NCBI GenBank assembly: GCA_964627085.1
Contig: CAZVIP010000002.1
Coordinates: 4,416-68,415 of the forward strand
DNA length: 64,000 nucleotides
DNA from: an uncultured Candidatus Saccharibacteria bacterium
Lineage (GTDB): Bacteria > Patescibacteriota > Minisyncoccia > Phycocordibacterales > CAIZLB01
Direction: 5' to 3'
This document shows, piece by piece, positions 38,547-49,423 of the stretch. Made by a program: the position numbers and the translations under genes. Position 1 is the first letter of the stretch. Every line of letters begins with the position of its first letter. A model generated the notes under the pieces. It made no database searches and was not told the origin of the DNA. It was given only the letters and a program-made list of their open reading frames with translations.

Positions 38547-39221
38547 ATGCATAATTTAGGCCCTAAAACTAAATCTAAAAAACAAGTTCCTGAGATTGTC
38601 CAGGTTGGCCACCCTGCCCTGCACAAACCCGCCAAAGAAGTACCTGTGGAAGAAATTGGCACAGCAAAAATAAATGACGTCATCGAGCAGATGATTCTTG
38701 CTCTTGAATCGCAAAGAGATGGCGTAGGTATCGCCGCTCCACAAATCGGAGTGAGTCTACAAATTTTTATTGTTGCTGGTTTTGTCTATGACCGAATTAA
38801 AATTGCAGACATCAAAAAGAAATACAGCAATATGATCGGTGTCCTTTCTTCAGAAGAAATCAAAGAAAAAATCAAGGCGGAAGTAAAATTGCTCAAGAAA
38901 AACCCGCATCATATTTTCATCAACCCTGTCATCACAAAAGAATCGAAAGAAAAAAAATGGATGGACGGCGAAGGATGTCTCTCAGTAAGATGGCTCTATG
39001 GTAAAGTGTATCGCTCAACAAAAGTAAGTATCAAGGCATATGACAAAAAAGGTAAACAAACTGAGAGAGGTGCGAGTGGCTTCCTTGCCCATATTTTCCA
39101 ACACGAAGTCGATCACCTTGCCGGTATTCTATTTATAGACAAAGCAAAAGACCTCGAAGAATTCGATCCTGAAGACATTAAAAAAGAGCAAAAGAAAAAA
39201 GACAAAAACGATGAACTCTAA
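38547..39221 (+). CDS. def: peptide deformylase
   Basis: GVGIAAPQIG, EGCLS, QHEVDHL; overlaps fmt. Confidence 0.95.
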   Translation: MHNLGPKTKSKKQVPEIVQVGHPALHKPAKEVPVEEIGTAKINDVIEQMILALESQRDGVGIAAPQIGVSLQIFIVAGFVYDRIKIADIKKKYSNMIGVLSSEEIKEKIKAEVKLLKKNPHHIFINPVITKESKEKKWMDGEGCLSVRWLYGKVYRSTKVSIKAYDKKGKQTERGASGFLAHIFQHEVDHLAGILFIDKAKDLEEFDPEDIKKEQKKKDKNDEL

Positions 39222-40179
39222 TTCAAATTTGCATTCAATAGATGGTGTCCAGCCGACACAAGTCAGCGCGCTTGCACCAACAAAAACAGAAGAGATTCCA
39301 GAATGTCGTTTTGTATTTTTTGGGACATCAGAGCTTTCAGTTATTGTCCTCAAAAAGCTTCAGTCAGTTGGCCTTATACCCTCTGCAATAATTACAACAC
39401 CTGATAAACCAAAAGGGAGAAAACTTGTCCTCACACCACCTGACTCGAAGGTGTTTGGCATGGAGCATAATATACCCGTACTTCAATTTGCAAAACTAGA
39501 CGAAGATGCGATTGCGGAAATCAAAAAAATAGAATGTGATTTTTACCTTGTCGCCTCATATGGGCTGATTATTCCCCAGTCGATTCTCGATATTCCAAAA
39601 CTCGGTGTCCTCAATATTCACCCGTCACTTCTACCTATGTATAGAGGCGCGTCCCCTATTCAACAAGCAATACTTGATGATAGACATGCTACTGGCATAA
39701 CAATTATGAAGATGGACGCCAAAATGGACCACGGCCCGATACTCTATCAAGCAAAAAGACAAAACCAATTAGATTGGCCAAAGACATATACCGAACTTGA
39801 ACATGAACTTGCGATACAGGCAACAAATGCGCTTTTGCACATACTTCCCTCTTTTCTCAAAAAACAAATTATTGAGATCGAGCAAAATCACGGTGATGCG
39901 ACATTCACCAAAAAAATCCAAAAGGTTGATGGTCTAATTGATACAGAAAAACTAACAGGTGAAATCGGTCGCGCACAATTCCTCAAATTTTGTGCATATG
40001 AAGTCTGGCCTACGACATATTTTATAATCAAGAAACAAGGTGTCGATACAAGAATCAAAATCACAAAAGCACATTGGGATCGCGAATCTGCAAGTATGAT
40101 GATTGACAGAGTTATACCTGAAGGACAAAAAGAAACTGACTACGGCGATTTTCTTGAGCGAGTGAAATTATATTATTAA
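39211..40179 (+). CDS. fmt: methionyl-tRNA formyltransferase
   Basis: VFFGT, PDKPKGRK, NIHPSLLP.YRGASPI, MDHGPI. Confidence 0.95.
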   Translation: MNSNSNLHSIDGVQPTQVSALAPTKTEEIPECRFVFFGTSELSVIVLKKLQSVGLIPSAIITTPDKPKGRKLVLTPPDSKVFGMEHNIPVLQFAKLDEDAIAEIKKIECDFYLVASYGLIIPQSILDIPKLGVLNIHPSLLPMYRGASPIQQAILDDRHATGITIMKMDAKMDHGPILYQAKRQNQLDWPKTYTELEHELAIQATNALLHILPSFLKKQIIEIEQNHGDATFTKKIQKVDGLIDTEKLTGEIGRAQFLKFCAYEVWPTTYFIIKKQGVDTRIKITKAHWDRESASMMIDRVIPEGQKETDYGDFLERVKLYY

Positions 40180-40186
40180 ATTATAG

Positions 40187-40235
40187 AATCAACATAAAAA
40201 CACCCGAGCTTGGCCCAGGTGTTTTTATGTTGATT
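40187..40235. terminator. bidirectional terminator between fmt and hpf
   Basis: 18-bp perfect arms AATCAACATAAAAACACC / GGTGTTTTTATGTTGATT. Confidence 0.8.
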
Positions 40236-40289
40236 GTTCTAAGCCTGATATTTGGCCACCTAAAACACAGTCTCGGCACAGACACACGT

Positions 40290-40643
40290 CTACACACCAA
40301 ACTTAAATATGTGTTTGATTTTTATCGCCCCTTTTTTGAAGAGGGATTGTCTTTTATCTTTTTTTGAACTCAATACCTCTTTTGCTTCGTCCCGAACCAT
40401 GTCTATAGCTTTGTATAAATCTGATTCTTCACATTCAACCCGAGTATACTGTCCACCGTTGGTAATATTAAGCTCTGCCCTAAAGATATCTCCATGTTTA
40501 TGATGGTTTGATACCTTACCTAAATCTGCCTCGATCATTGCACCCACTGAAAGAAATTTTTCGAGTGTCATTACCCGTCTGACGAGGTAATCGTGAATAG
40601 CACTTGTAATTTCAATATGCGATCCTTTTACAATTATGTTCAT
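40290..40643 (-). CDS. raiA: ribosome hibernation factor (RaiA/HPF)
   Basis: IEITSAIHDY, DLYKAID. Confidence 0.9.
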   Translation of the reverse strand: MNIIVKGSHIEITSAIHDYLVRRVMTLEKFLSVGAMIEADLGKVSNHHKHGDIFRAELNITNGGQYTRVECEESDLYKAIDMVRDEAKEVLSSKKDKRQSLFKKGAIKIKHIFKFGV

Positions 40644-40804
40644 TGCTTATGTTATTACCAAACCGAACATTATGTGCACATCCAAAACCGAATCGGTTTG
40701 TATATTGCTTGTAACACAATAATTATACTATGACTTTTGATTTGTAAACAATGAATGTTTCGTGGCTAAATACAGCCCTACATCACATAGGATATGTAAG
40801 TGAG

Positions 40805-42703
40805 CTAGAGCGAATATCTAAATTTGAATTGCCAGATGTCCCCCAAATTAACAATAAAAGTCTTACCAAAAATTCTCACAATTCGCACCTGAATCTTATT
40901 GTTCTCCGGGTTTTTGTCTAAATATTCACGCACAGCTTCTGGGTTATCTGTAATAATTCCAGTGATACCAAGCCTTTGCAGATGATTGATTTTTTGCAAA
41001 TCATTTATTGTCCACATATACACAGGTTTTTGCTCATCGATAAATCTCCGAATAACATCGCTTGCCCGAAGACCCTCCTCAACACTAATGGCATCCATAG
41101 ATAAAATATCTGCATCGTCTGTTTTGCTATTCGGGAGACTGTATATATATAGATTTGTTTTTATATCTGAATAAAGAGACTTCACATCAAGCAACAAAGG
41201 GAGGTCAAATGAACCAACATATGAACAAGTGAGCATGTTATGTGAAATTAACTTTTCACGAAGTTGATGAGCAATTTCGATCGAATCATTTTTCGTACCA
41301 TAGTTTTTGATTTCAAAGAGCCATGTCTTTTTACAGTCGAAGTTCCTGTTATCAAAAAAACCATCGAGTGTAGTGAGATTTATTCCACTTTCTTGTAGCT
41401 CAGCAAGTGTGAGTTCTTTTAATTTATCACCGCGACCGAAGCTCTGTAAACTTTCGTCATGAAAGAATACAATGGTGCCATCTTTGAGCATTTGTAAATC
41501 TGTCTCTATACCATCTGCGCTACCAATTGTAATTGCACCTTGAAATGCGCTTGTAGTATTTTCTTCAGCTTTTGAAAGACTGGCACTTGCATACTGCCCC
41601 CTATGCGAGATGACCTCTGGTGATTTACCCGAACTCGGTGGTATAAACACATTCATGAATATATTTACGGAGAAAATAAAAAGAACGAAGACAATAACAC
41701 CGAATGTCAGTATTCTTTTTTTCTGTGCAAAAAGCCAAACGACATGACGATTCTTCAAAAGTGCGAGTGCATGTTCATGCTCCGCCTCAGTTTCTATACC
41801 AAGTGCAATTGGATTTCGCACCTCGAGGTATGCAGTTAGCGCAGTTACCACGCTCGGTGCGACAAGGATAGATAAAAGAGCAGTACTAATAAATACCCAG
41901 CTACTATAAAATAATATGTACACGCTCGCAGGTAATACACTAAAGAATAACCCCACCAAACCATTTAACAGCGAAACGAAAACAAGCAAAGACACTGCCG
42001 TCCCTGCGATGAGTAATAAAGAAATCAAAGCCGGCCACAATACACCAAAAGTCAAAAAATGCCTGAGACTCTTTCTCTTAAATGTAATTAACCAAGATGC
42101 TCGAAGCGATCCAAACAGACTAATTCTCCTTGTTGCAAAAATATGAAATGTAAAAACAGATCGATAGAAAATAAATGCAAATACAACAAGCGCACATTGA
42201 TATAGTGTATGGAGCGCACCAGATTTCAAAAGCTCTCCCGTCACAAAATCAGGCAAAGCAAAATTTCTAAACACCGAGGGTCCAATTTGGAAAACAGGAA
42301 ATAGAATAAATGCAAAGAAAATAATCAATACACTTGTCAGTCCATATGCATGAAAAAGCCCCAAAGCTTTTTTTGCAGAATACCTTAGGGTCGCAAGCTG
42401 GCTCGGCCTCTCCGCCCTTGTATATGAATGACTAATGTGAACAAGTCCAACAATTTCGGTAATTGATGTGAATAGAAGTATAAGCGTACAAAGTGAAAGC
42501 AAAACTAAATATGTACCATCCACAAAACCAAATAAATCACCGTTAATTGGTGTATATCCAGTTTTGATTTGAGCAACGGTACTAAGGACAATAGCAGCAA
42601 CCGTACCAACAATGACATTGATACCTCTCATCAAAATTTCAAACAATAAAAGATCTTCGCCTCTATGTCTTAGTATATTTAAAAAGCGCTTATACACATT
42701 CAT
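40805..42703 (-). CDS. glycerophosphodiester phosphodiesterase with membrane domain
   Basis: ISHRG, EENT, IETD, FHD, EIK, WTIND, IITDNP; multi-TM N-terminus. Confidence 0.88.
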   Translation of the reverse strand: MNVYKRFLNILRHRGEDLLLFEILMRGINVIVGTVAAIVLSTVAQIKTGYTPINGDLFGFVDGTYLVLLSLCTLILLFTSITEIVGLVHISHSYTRAERPSQLATLRYSAKKALGLFHAYGLTSVLIIFFAFILFPVFQIGPSVFRNFALPDFVTGELLKSGALHTLYQCALVVFAFIFYRSVFTFHIFATRRISLFGSLRASWLITFKRKSLRHFLTFGVLWPALISLLLIAGTAVSLLVFVSLLNGLVGLFFSVLPASVYILFYSSWVFISTALLSILVAPSVVTALTAYLEVRNPIALGIETEAEHEHALALLKNRHVVWLFAQKKRILTFGVIVFVLFIFSVNIFMNVFIPPSSGKSPEVISHRGQYASASLSKAEENTTSAFQGAITIGSADGIETDLQMLKDGTIVFFHDESLQSFGRGDKLKELTLAELQESGINLTTLDGFFDNRNFDCKKTWLFEIKNYGTKNDSIEIAHQLREKLISHNMLTCSYVGSFDLPLLLDVKSLYSDIKTNLYIYSLPNSKTDDADILSMDAISVEEGLRASDVIRRFIDEQKPVYMWTINDLQKINHLQRLGITGIITDNPEAVREYLDKNPENNKIQVRIVRIFGKTFIVNLGDIWQFKFRYSL

Positions 42704-42804
42704 TACGCTCTATCATACCAAATTTAATTTCATTTTATCTACAAAACAAAAAACACACGGTGTATCCTGTGTGTTTTTTGTCGAAAAGTTTACTTATGCT
42801 TTCT

Positions 42805-43185
42805 TTATGCTTTTTTACCGAGTGAAAGCTTGATTGAACCTGTGTCGAGACAGAAAATTGCAGCAGAGACAAAGAGGAGTACCACATCAAGTTCCGCTTT
42901 TTTGAAATCACCACCTTTTACTTTAAATATAGCAACAAGCATGATGACTGCAAAAAGCGAAGCGACTACACGCGGGAATATACCTAGGATAAGCAAAAGC
43001 CCACCAAGAGTCTCAATTGTTGCAACTAGATATGCAAGAAATGGTGCAAATCCGAGTGTCTGGAAAAAACCAATAACACCTTCCATGCTTCCAAACTTAG
43101 TAATACCGTGGTACATGAATACCGCACCTACGATTAATCTAATAATGAAAAGCCCTGTATTTGGGCAAGTTTTGATTGATTTCAT
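42805..43185 (-). CDS. DoxX family membrane protein
   Basis: RLIVGAVFMYHG..K, ETLGGLLLILG. Confidence 0.9.
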   Translation of the reverse strand: MKSIKTCPNTGLFIIRLIVGAVFMYHGITKFGSMEGVIGFFQTLGFAPFLAYLVATIETLGGLLLILGIFPRVVASLFAVIMLVAIFKVKGGDFKKAELDVVLLFVSAAIFCLDTGSIKLSLGKKA

Positions 43186-43356
43186 TTATGTATTTTATAA
43201 GTAATTAATGTCAACAATTTACACAGTGATTATATCAGCATTTTGAAGTCAGAAAAAGGCTGTACCATAGACATACATACCCCCACCTTTGTCTGTGCAC
43301 CAGAATGGATTATACTAATAGGTAATTAAAATTTAAGCTAAATTTAGCAAACACAT

Positions 43357-43602
43357 ATGAATATATTAGTATGGATTATTTTTGGAGGAATTTCAGGTTG
43401 GATTGCATCAATCTTTATGGGTACAAATGCAAGCCAGGGTTTTATCGGTAATGTGATTACAGGAATACTCGGTGCGATTATCGGAGGATTTTTGATGACT
43501 CATTTTGGTAAAGTGGGAGTCACAGGATTCAATGTATATAGTTTCGTGGTTGCAGTCATTGGTGCGATTGTACTTATCGGTATCGCAAGATTGATTTTTT
43601 AA
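43357..43602 (+). CDS. GlsB/YeaQ/YmgE family membrane protein
   Basis: WIIFGGISGWIAS, GILGAIIGG, AVIGAIVL. Confidence 0.92.
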   Translation: MNILVWIIFGGISGWIASIFMGTNASQGFIGNVITGILGAIIGGFLMTHFGKVGVTGFNVYSFVVAVIGAIVLIGIARLIF

Positions 43603-43683
43603 TTTAATTCATTTGGATTAAAGAGTGCTCTCGACACACCATCGACACAACTCGCACTACATGAAGATCATTTCTGAATATAC

Positions 43684-43721
43684 AAATAAAACACCCGCTA
43701 TAACTAGCGGGTGTTTTATTT
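43684..43721. terminator. bidirectional terminator
   Basis: AAATAAAACACCCGCTA / TAGCGGGTGTTTTATTT. Confidence 0.8.
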
Positions 43722-43785
43722 AAGTGTCCAGATGATTAAATACTATTTCAAAAGAAAGTTATTTAATGTGATCCGAAGCGCTGGA

Positions 43786-44181
43786 TTACCAACTACTTCG
43801 TCGATCGCCACCACCGAAGCCACCTCGATCGCCACCGCCAAAGCCTCCTCGGCCTCCTCGGTCACCACCGAAACCACCTCGTGATCCACCACGGTCACCA
43901 CCACCGAAAGATCGACGTGGAGCGCCTTCTTCTTTTGGTCGTGCAACGTTAACAGTAAGAGTTCGTCCTTCGAAGTCATTGCCATGGAACATGGCAATAG
44001 CCTTCTGAGCATCATCAGCTGATGCCATTTCTACGAAACCGAAACCTTTTGATCGGCCAGTCATTTTATCCATGATAATCTGAGCTGCGTCTACTGTTCC
44101 AGCCTGTGAAAAGGCTGCTCGTAATGCATCTTCAGTGGTTGAGTAAGGCAAACCACCGACATATAACTTTTTTTCTTCCAT
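43786..44181 (-). CDS. RRM RNA-binding protein with RGG tail
   Basis: RNP2 LYVGGL, RNP1 KGFGFVEM, GGDRGG repeats. Confidence 0.95.
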   Translation of the reverse strand: MEEKKLYVGGLPYSTTEDALRAAFSQAGTVDAAQIIMDKMTGRSKGFGFVEMASADDAQKAIAMFHGNDFEGRTLTVNVARPKEEGAPRRSFGGGDRGGSRGGFGGDRGGRGGFGGGDRGGFGGGDRRSSW

Positions 44182-44735
44182 TGAATTTTCTACTTAATTT
44201 AATGCGTACAGGGTAGATAATTGCTCTAAATGGCCAGAACCTACCTTGTATCGCAAGGGAAACCGAAACATTACTCATCTTAAGAACGACTCTCTAGCAC
44301 CGAAATAAGTACTCTATATCGCACTCCACGAATCTATAACTCGAAATACCCTTATTGGTACAATAGCACACATTGACAGTGTTTACAAATAGTTAGTTAA
44401 TTTGGTTTTTGTCATTTATGAGGCGAATCTACCTACAATAATTAGGGTTATCTATTTAACTGTGTCATAGAACACAATTTAACTTGCTATATGTCAATAT
44501 GAGCACATACTAACTATGTGGTAACAGATATCACCGATGCGGTGCACACACAATCTCGTTCATAGAATTCACATTTGAAGACTTCTCCTCCTCCGCATTT
44601 CCCCGACAAGGAAATACCGCACTACATTAAAATCAGATATGCATATAAACCCTCCCAGGTTTCGTGACAAAAAATCACATGTAAATAAACTTAGATTAGA
44701 TATTTCTTACTTCATAATTAATTATCACAACAAAT

Positions 44736-45401
44736 ATGAAAAATATCACAATGAAAAAATTAGGCACAAAGATTCTAGCGATCACAAGTCTTTCACTTGC
44801 ACTTGCAATCACATTAGCTATTCCAGCTGTTGCGAGCGCTGACGCACTTTACAGACAATTACAAACTGGCATGAGAGGAGATGATGTTTCATCACTCCAA
44901 AGCTTCCTTGCAAAGGATGCAACTCTTTACCCACAAGGACTTGTTACAGGATACTTCGGTTACCTTACAAAGTCTGCGGTTTCTAACTTCCAGACAAGAA
45001 ATGGTATTGCATCTGTAGGCCGAGTAGGACCAGCAACACTCCCAATTATTAATGCCCAGCTGGCAAATGGTACAGGAGTAGTTACAGGTGGACGTTCAGC
45101 GTCAATTGTAAATGTAAATATCTACACATCTCGTAACTCAGCACAGGTTAACTGGAATACGGACGAGCTTGCAAAAGGTGTAGTCTACTACAGTACAACA
45201 CCACTTGATACATACGAACGAACAAACTCAGTTGACGTTAGTGGTATGTCAGCAATGCTTGATACAAACCTACGAAGTGTCCAGACAGTTGCTCTTCCAA
45301 ACTTACAGGCAAACACTACTTACTACTACCTTATCTACACAACAGATCAGGATGGAAATGTAAGTGTCACTTGGCCATCAAGTTTCCAGACAACAAACTA
45401 G
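44736..45401 (+). CDS. secreted peptidoglycan-binding and FN3-like protein
   Basis: signal peptide; G.RGDDVSSLQ..L, TGYFG.LT..AV..FQ, VGPAT; LQANTTYYY. Confidence 0.85.
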   Translation: MKNITMKKLGTKILAITSLSLALAITLAIPAVASADALYRQLQTGMRGDDVSSLQSFLAKDATLYPQGLVTGYFGYLTKSAVSNFQTRNGIASVGRVGPATLPIINAQLANGTGVVTGGRSASIVNVNIYTSRNSAQVNWNTDELAKGVVYYSTTPLDTYERTNSVDVSGMSAMLDTNLRSVQTVALPNLQANTTYYYLIYTTDQDGNVSVTWPSSFQTTN

Positions 45402-45529
45402 TTTCTGTTAATACAGCAAACTAATTGGAAGACAACTTGCATTGGGTACATAAAGGTTGTTATTCCAAACGGGTTACATTGTAGCTAGTCATATGACAAA
45501 ATTACCGGTGTAATCATATACAAACCTAC

Positions 45530-45566
45530 AAACATAAAAGCGCCAGTGATGGCGCTTTTATGTTTT
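45530..45566. terminator. bidirectional terminator
   Basis: AAACATAAAAGCGCC / GGCGCTTTTATGTTT. Confidence 0.8.
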
Positions 45567-46743
45567 ATTCCTTACCATACACCCCATCAAATGGATGTGA
45601 ATTTTTCTTCAACAAAACATGAACTAAATACCTCGCCATAACCATCGAGGTGAGCTGAAGCCCTGCACCGCAAATGCGACTCATATTCCCTTTCTGTGAG
45701 AAATGCGGAATACCCTTTTTCGAGAGACCATACATACCTGTCCATGCATATTCAAAATCAATATCCAAGGTTGGGAAAATCCTTTTGATGAAAGAGGTCA
45801 TACTTTTAAAATGCACCTTATTTAAGGTTCTGTCTTTTTCAATACTTTTCGTTTGTTCATCACCAGATCCAACGAGCAGCCTCTTATCTTTTGTGACTTT
45901 GAAATAATGATAATTTACCAATTCATTTTCTATCATCATGTCATTGTCTTCGAGCTTCAAGAATTTGAGCTCTGCTGGGGTGAGTGTTCGCGTGATACCA
46001 ATTGTAGTCCGAAAATGATTGATTGGATTTTTTTCATCATAACTATCGGTCGTGAAAATAATATGTTTGTATGAAATATTTGCACCAGATGAAGTTTGAG
46101 CGACTGATTTTTTGACTGTGCCAGTTTTTGTAATTCCTGAATTTTCGAAAATTGCTGCACCATGTTTGACTGCAAGCAATGCAAGTTCCTGTACGAGTGC
46201 AAGCGGATTAACCGATAGGCCTTTGTGAACTTTTTCTCCGAATACATAACCTTCAATGTTGATATCTTTTTTGATTTCAGATCGATTCACAGCGCTGACC
46301 CATTTGTTCACTTTCTGCCTAATGATTAAATCTTTTGTTACCGCCTCAGCACCCTTGATATCATGTGCAAGTACATAGACATCTGTCTCTTCTAAGTCGC
46401 ACCTAAGTTTTTCTTCGATAATTATTTTTTTGATGAAAGAGTACATTTCATCGTGCGCTGTCCAGTATGACTTTGTAAACTCTTCGCCATATTTTTTGAT
46501 GAGCATTTCGGAATTTGTTCCCTCGAGTTCTGTCAAAATCATTCCTGCAGAAAAGCCTGTAGCACCACTTCCGATGGTGTCTTTTTCGACAAGGATAATT
46601 TTGCCAGCATTCTCTTTTGCCAACAAATAGGCCGTCATGATACCCGATATCCCGCCACCAACAATTAAATAATCGCAATCTAAACTCCCCTCTGCGGCTG
46701 GAAATTCAGTGCTATGTGGATTTGTCCAAAATGAATTTTGCAT
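45565..46743 (-). CDS. FAD-dependent oxidoreductase (DAO family)
   Basis: IVGGGISG, GSGATGFSAG, NPLALV, YAWTG. Confidence 0.85.
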   Translation of the reverse strand: MQNSFWTNPHSTEFPAAEGSLDCDYLIVGGGISGIMTAYLLAKENAGKIILVEKDTIGSGATGFSAGMILTELEGTNSEMLIKKYGEEFTKSYWTAHDEMYSFIKKIIIEEKLRCDLEETDVYVLAHDIKGAEAVTKDLIIRQKVNKWVSAVNRSEIKKDINIEGYVFGEKVHKGLSVNPLALVQELALLAVKHGAAIFENSGITKTGTVKKSVAQTSSGANISYKHIIFTTDSYDEKNPINHFRTTIGITRTLTPAELKFLKLEDNDMMIENELVNYHYFKVTKDKRLLVGSGDEQTKSIEKDRTLNKVHFKSMTSFIKRIFPTLDIDFEYAWTGMYGLSKKGIPHFSQKGNMSRICGAGLQLTSMVMARYLVHVLLKKNSHPFDGVYGKE

Positions 46744-46866
46744 AGAATACAAGCAATTATAGTTTAGAAAGGTACCTAAGAAAAGTAGTGTGAAAAATAA
46801 ACAAAAAACCGCCCGGTTGCAAAGATGAGACTTGATAGTCCCACCTTTGCAACAAAGACGATTACC

Positions 46867-47406
46867 TTACACAAACACTGGAACAACAGTTGCCACAAGT
46901 CTTATGCCCGGACCCGGGAGTATCCCTTTGGTATCACAAGGTTCCAGCACGCCGTCTATCAATCTAAATTCAGTAACTCTGCTCCAGTCAAAGCCCGTCT
47001 CATGCGGAAACTGACCGCCACATAATTGTCTGACTTGGTTTGGAGTAAAAGAGTTTGGATTGTTGCCAGCAGGATGATGAACAATAACAGGTTCATCTTT
47101 CACAGATGACTTAGGTGCATTTTGCAACCAGATTGGCGCTGTGCGCAACCAATCAAAGCCACTGTGCTTTTCTGAGTATCGTCGCCGTTGTTCAATACTT
47201 ACTGTCCCAAGCAGGCAGACTTTGTCCGGCTCCTGAAACGAATGATACAAAGTCTGGACCTGGTGCCATGCTTCTTCTTCCGTTCTCCCTCTTCCGATCA
47301 TTGTTTTGAAGAAGCTTTCCTCACAACTAGGCACAGTCTTATAACCAAACTGCCAGAGCGGGAAGATATCGCCTGGTTTGATGGGTGCGAATCTGGGTGT
47401 GCTCAC
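46867..47406 (-). CDS. hypothetical protein
   Basis: 179-aa ORF whose start overlaps the stop of the upstream ORF. Confidence 0.6.
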   Translation of the reverse strand: MSTPRFAPIKPGDIFPLWQFGYKTVPSCEESFFKTMIGRGRTEEEAWHQVQTLYHSFQEPDKVCLLGTVSIEQRRRYSEKHSGFDWLRTAPIWLQNAPKSSVKDEPVIVHHPAGNNPNSFTPNQVRQLCGGQFPHETGFDWSRVTEFRLIDGVLEPCDTKGILPGPGIRLVATVVPVFV

Positions 47407-47705
47407 TTTGCACCTCCATTTCCATCTTGGGTCACAACGGGTTGCTGGTATGCCAGCAATGCCGATTTCAACCAGTTATTGATGTAGATCAGAATTGCAC
47501 CAAGGGCAATTGTTAGGAGTATTATCATTGTGATAACGAATGGGATGTCTCGTGGTTCTGCCAGCCTTGCGTCACCGTTAAGTGCCATCTTGGCGAGGCA
47601 GACTGCTGAAACAGGGCACCCAAGAGCAATCACCCAAATAAGTGTTAATACCGCTGCGCGCATTAGCTTCAGAAACGCCATATCCATTTCTAGTGTCATT
47701 TTCAT
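47403..47705 (-). CDS. hypothetical 2-TM protein
   Basis: two hydrophobic segments; start uncertain (track gives 47786). Confidence 0.55.
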   Translation of the reverse strand: MKMTLEMDMAFLKLMRAAVLTLIWVIALGCPVSAVCLAKMALNGDARLAEPRDIPFVITMIILLTIALGAILIYINNWLKSALLAYQQPVVTQDGNGGAK

Positions 47706-47918
47706 TTTATGAAAGATTTGAAGGTTCAATTGCCGGACAGGCGAATAGTTTACATCCAGTGTGAATGTTCTAGTCCAAAAAGACAATACAATATATCTGA
47801 CTTAGTGTCTAGTTATCCAGTTATTTTGCAATCGCTTCAATGTGCGCAAATATATTTCTCTTTCCACATATAAAATTCAAAAAAAACAAAATCTAAAAAT
47901 CTGATAAAATATATTCAT

Positions 47919-48194
47919 ATGCAAAAAAGTTCCAATACTGAGCCCGCTATACAACAAAAGATTTCAAGCGGTACCGTGCACAATACCCCAAAGGACATGA
48001 AAGATGCGTTAGCTTCAAAGACCTTATCTACGACTTGGAATGGTTTGACTCCCCTTGCCCGAAACGAATGGATCTGCTGGGCGACTTCAGCAAAAAAATC
48101 TGAGACCCGCGAGCGCCGAATTAGAATCATGTCAGAGAATTTAGCCAAAGGAAAAAGAAGACCATGTTGCTGGGCTGGTTGCATACATAGATAG
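47919..48194 (+). CDS. YdeI/OmpD-associated family protein
   Basis: P.D...AL, W..LTPLARNEWICWATSAKK.ETR.RRI, RRPCCWAGC.HR. Confidence 0.88.
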   Translation: MQKSSNTEPAIQQKISSGTVHNTPKDMKDALASKTLSTTWNGLTPLARNEWICWATSAKKSETRERRIRIMSENLAKGKRRPCCWAGCIHR

Positions 48195-48279
48195 CATGGA
48201 GGGTAATTATTATTGTTAAACAAATAATTAAAGAAAAAACCACCAGCGAACCGGTGGCCTTTCCCGATTAGTTGGTGGA

Positions 48280-49182
48280 TTATTTCGCGGCAACCGCGTG
48301 AGTGTGAATGATTTTACTTACTTTAAAGTCTAACGCGTCGCCACCATCCTTGTAGAAGCGATTCTCAATCGGGGCAGACTTCACATTTTTAAACCCTGCG
48401 GACTCCAAGTCTGCCGAGATTAGCATGGGATAGAAATCTCTTTTTACAAGTTCGAGATAGCCTTGCGTCATCGACTCGATAAAAGACACTTCCTTACCCG
48501 GCTTCAGTATTCTGAAAAACTCTCTCAACACTTTTAAGATATCTATTGGATATTTGTATCCAAAACAGACAGAGACAGCATCGAAAGAATTGTCTGGAAA
48601 AAAATCCAGCTCACAGCCATCGGCCAATTGATCCAAATTACAGCAAATTCTTCTTGCATTCGGATAATCATATCGAAGCAAAGACTCTTCGCACCCATCG
48701 ATTGCCACCAGACTTCTTGCGGTTGAATGTCGGAAATATGTTCGGTGACCAGATAAGGCCTCAAGAACTGTCCCCACACTATACCTACTCGACAGCAAGT
48801 TTCTCACTGCATTTGTGTTGTAGGGGTCAAGATATTCTTTCATCGTCTGCGCCCCTTGAATCCATAACGCCCCTGGGGAGCGATAATCAACTTCTGGCAT
48901 TTGCAATATCTTTAGCTGATCAAGTATCTGCAGAACCGTCGGATGCTTAGAGTCCTTGTGGGTCAAATATGCTTCATGCAAGTTCAATGCCAATTGTTTT
49001 GCCGCAGGGACATCATCCAAGTGAACACTGAAATTGAAGAGCATGGGGTTTTCGATCATCCAATCAACATAATCGAAGTTGCGTGGGTCTAGTTCTGTGA
49101 GACTAGGTAGGAAAACATTCCTCCTTTTATATTCTACAGGCACAGGTGCTACAGAGTCTGTGACTTCATGATATGTAACCAT
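48280..49182 (-). CDS. class I SAM-dependent methyltransferase
   Basis: VLEALSG, FFPDNSFDAV, LREFFRILKPG; AGGAG Shine-Dalgarno upstream. Confidence 0.78.
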   Translation of the reverse strand: MVTYHEVTDSVAPVPVEYKRRNVFLPSLTELDPRNFDYVDWMIENPMLFNFSVHLDDVPAAKQLALNLHEAYLTHKDSKHPTVLQILDQLKILQMPEVDYRSPGALWIQGAQTMKEYLDPYNTNAVRNLLSSRYSVGTVLEALSGHRTYFRHSTARSLVAIDGCEESLLRYDYPNARRICCNLDQLADGCELDFFPDNSFDAVSVCFGYKYPIDILKVLREFFRILKPGKEVSFIESMTQGYLELVKRDFYPMLISADLESAGFKNVKSAPIENRFYKDGGDALDFKVSKIIHTHAVAAK

Positions 49183-49423
49183 GTTCAAATCTCCTTTCTA
49201 TTGATTGAGTTAATGGTTTTACGAAAAAGAACAACGGTAACTTTATATCATAAAAAATAGATGTTGTCCAATGTTTTAAACCCTTTAAGCAAGAAATATG
49301 CAGACAGATTAAAGTCAGAAAATAATTGCATTGAATGTAAAATTATAGCACCACATATAAATTGCATCTTTTTGCACAGACCCTACCTACAATAAATTGT
49401 AATTGATGTATACTGTTTCGATT

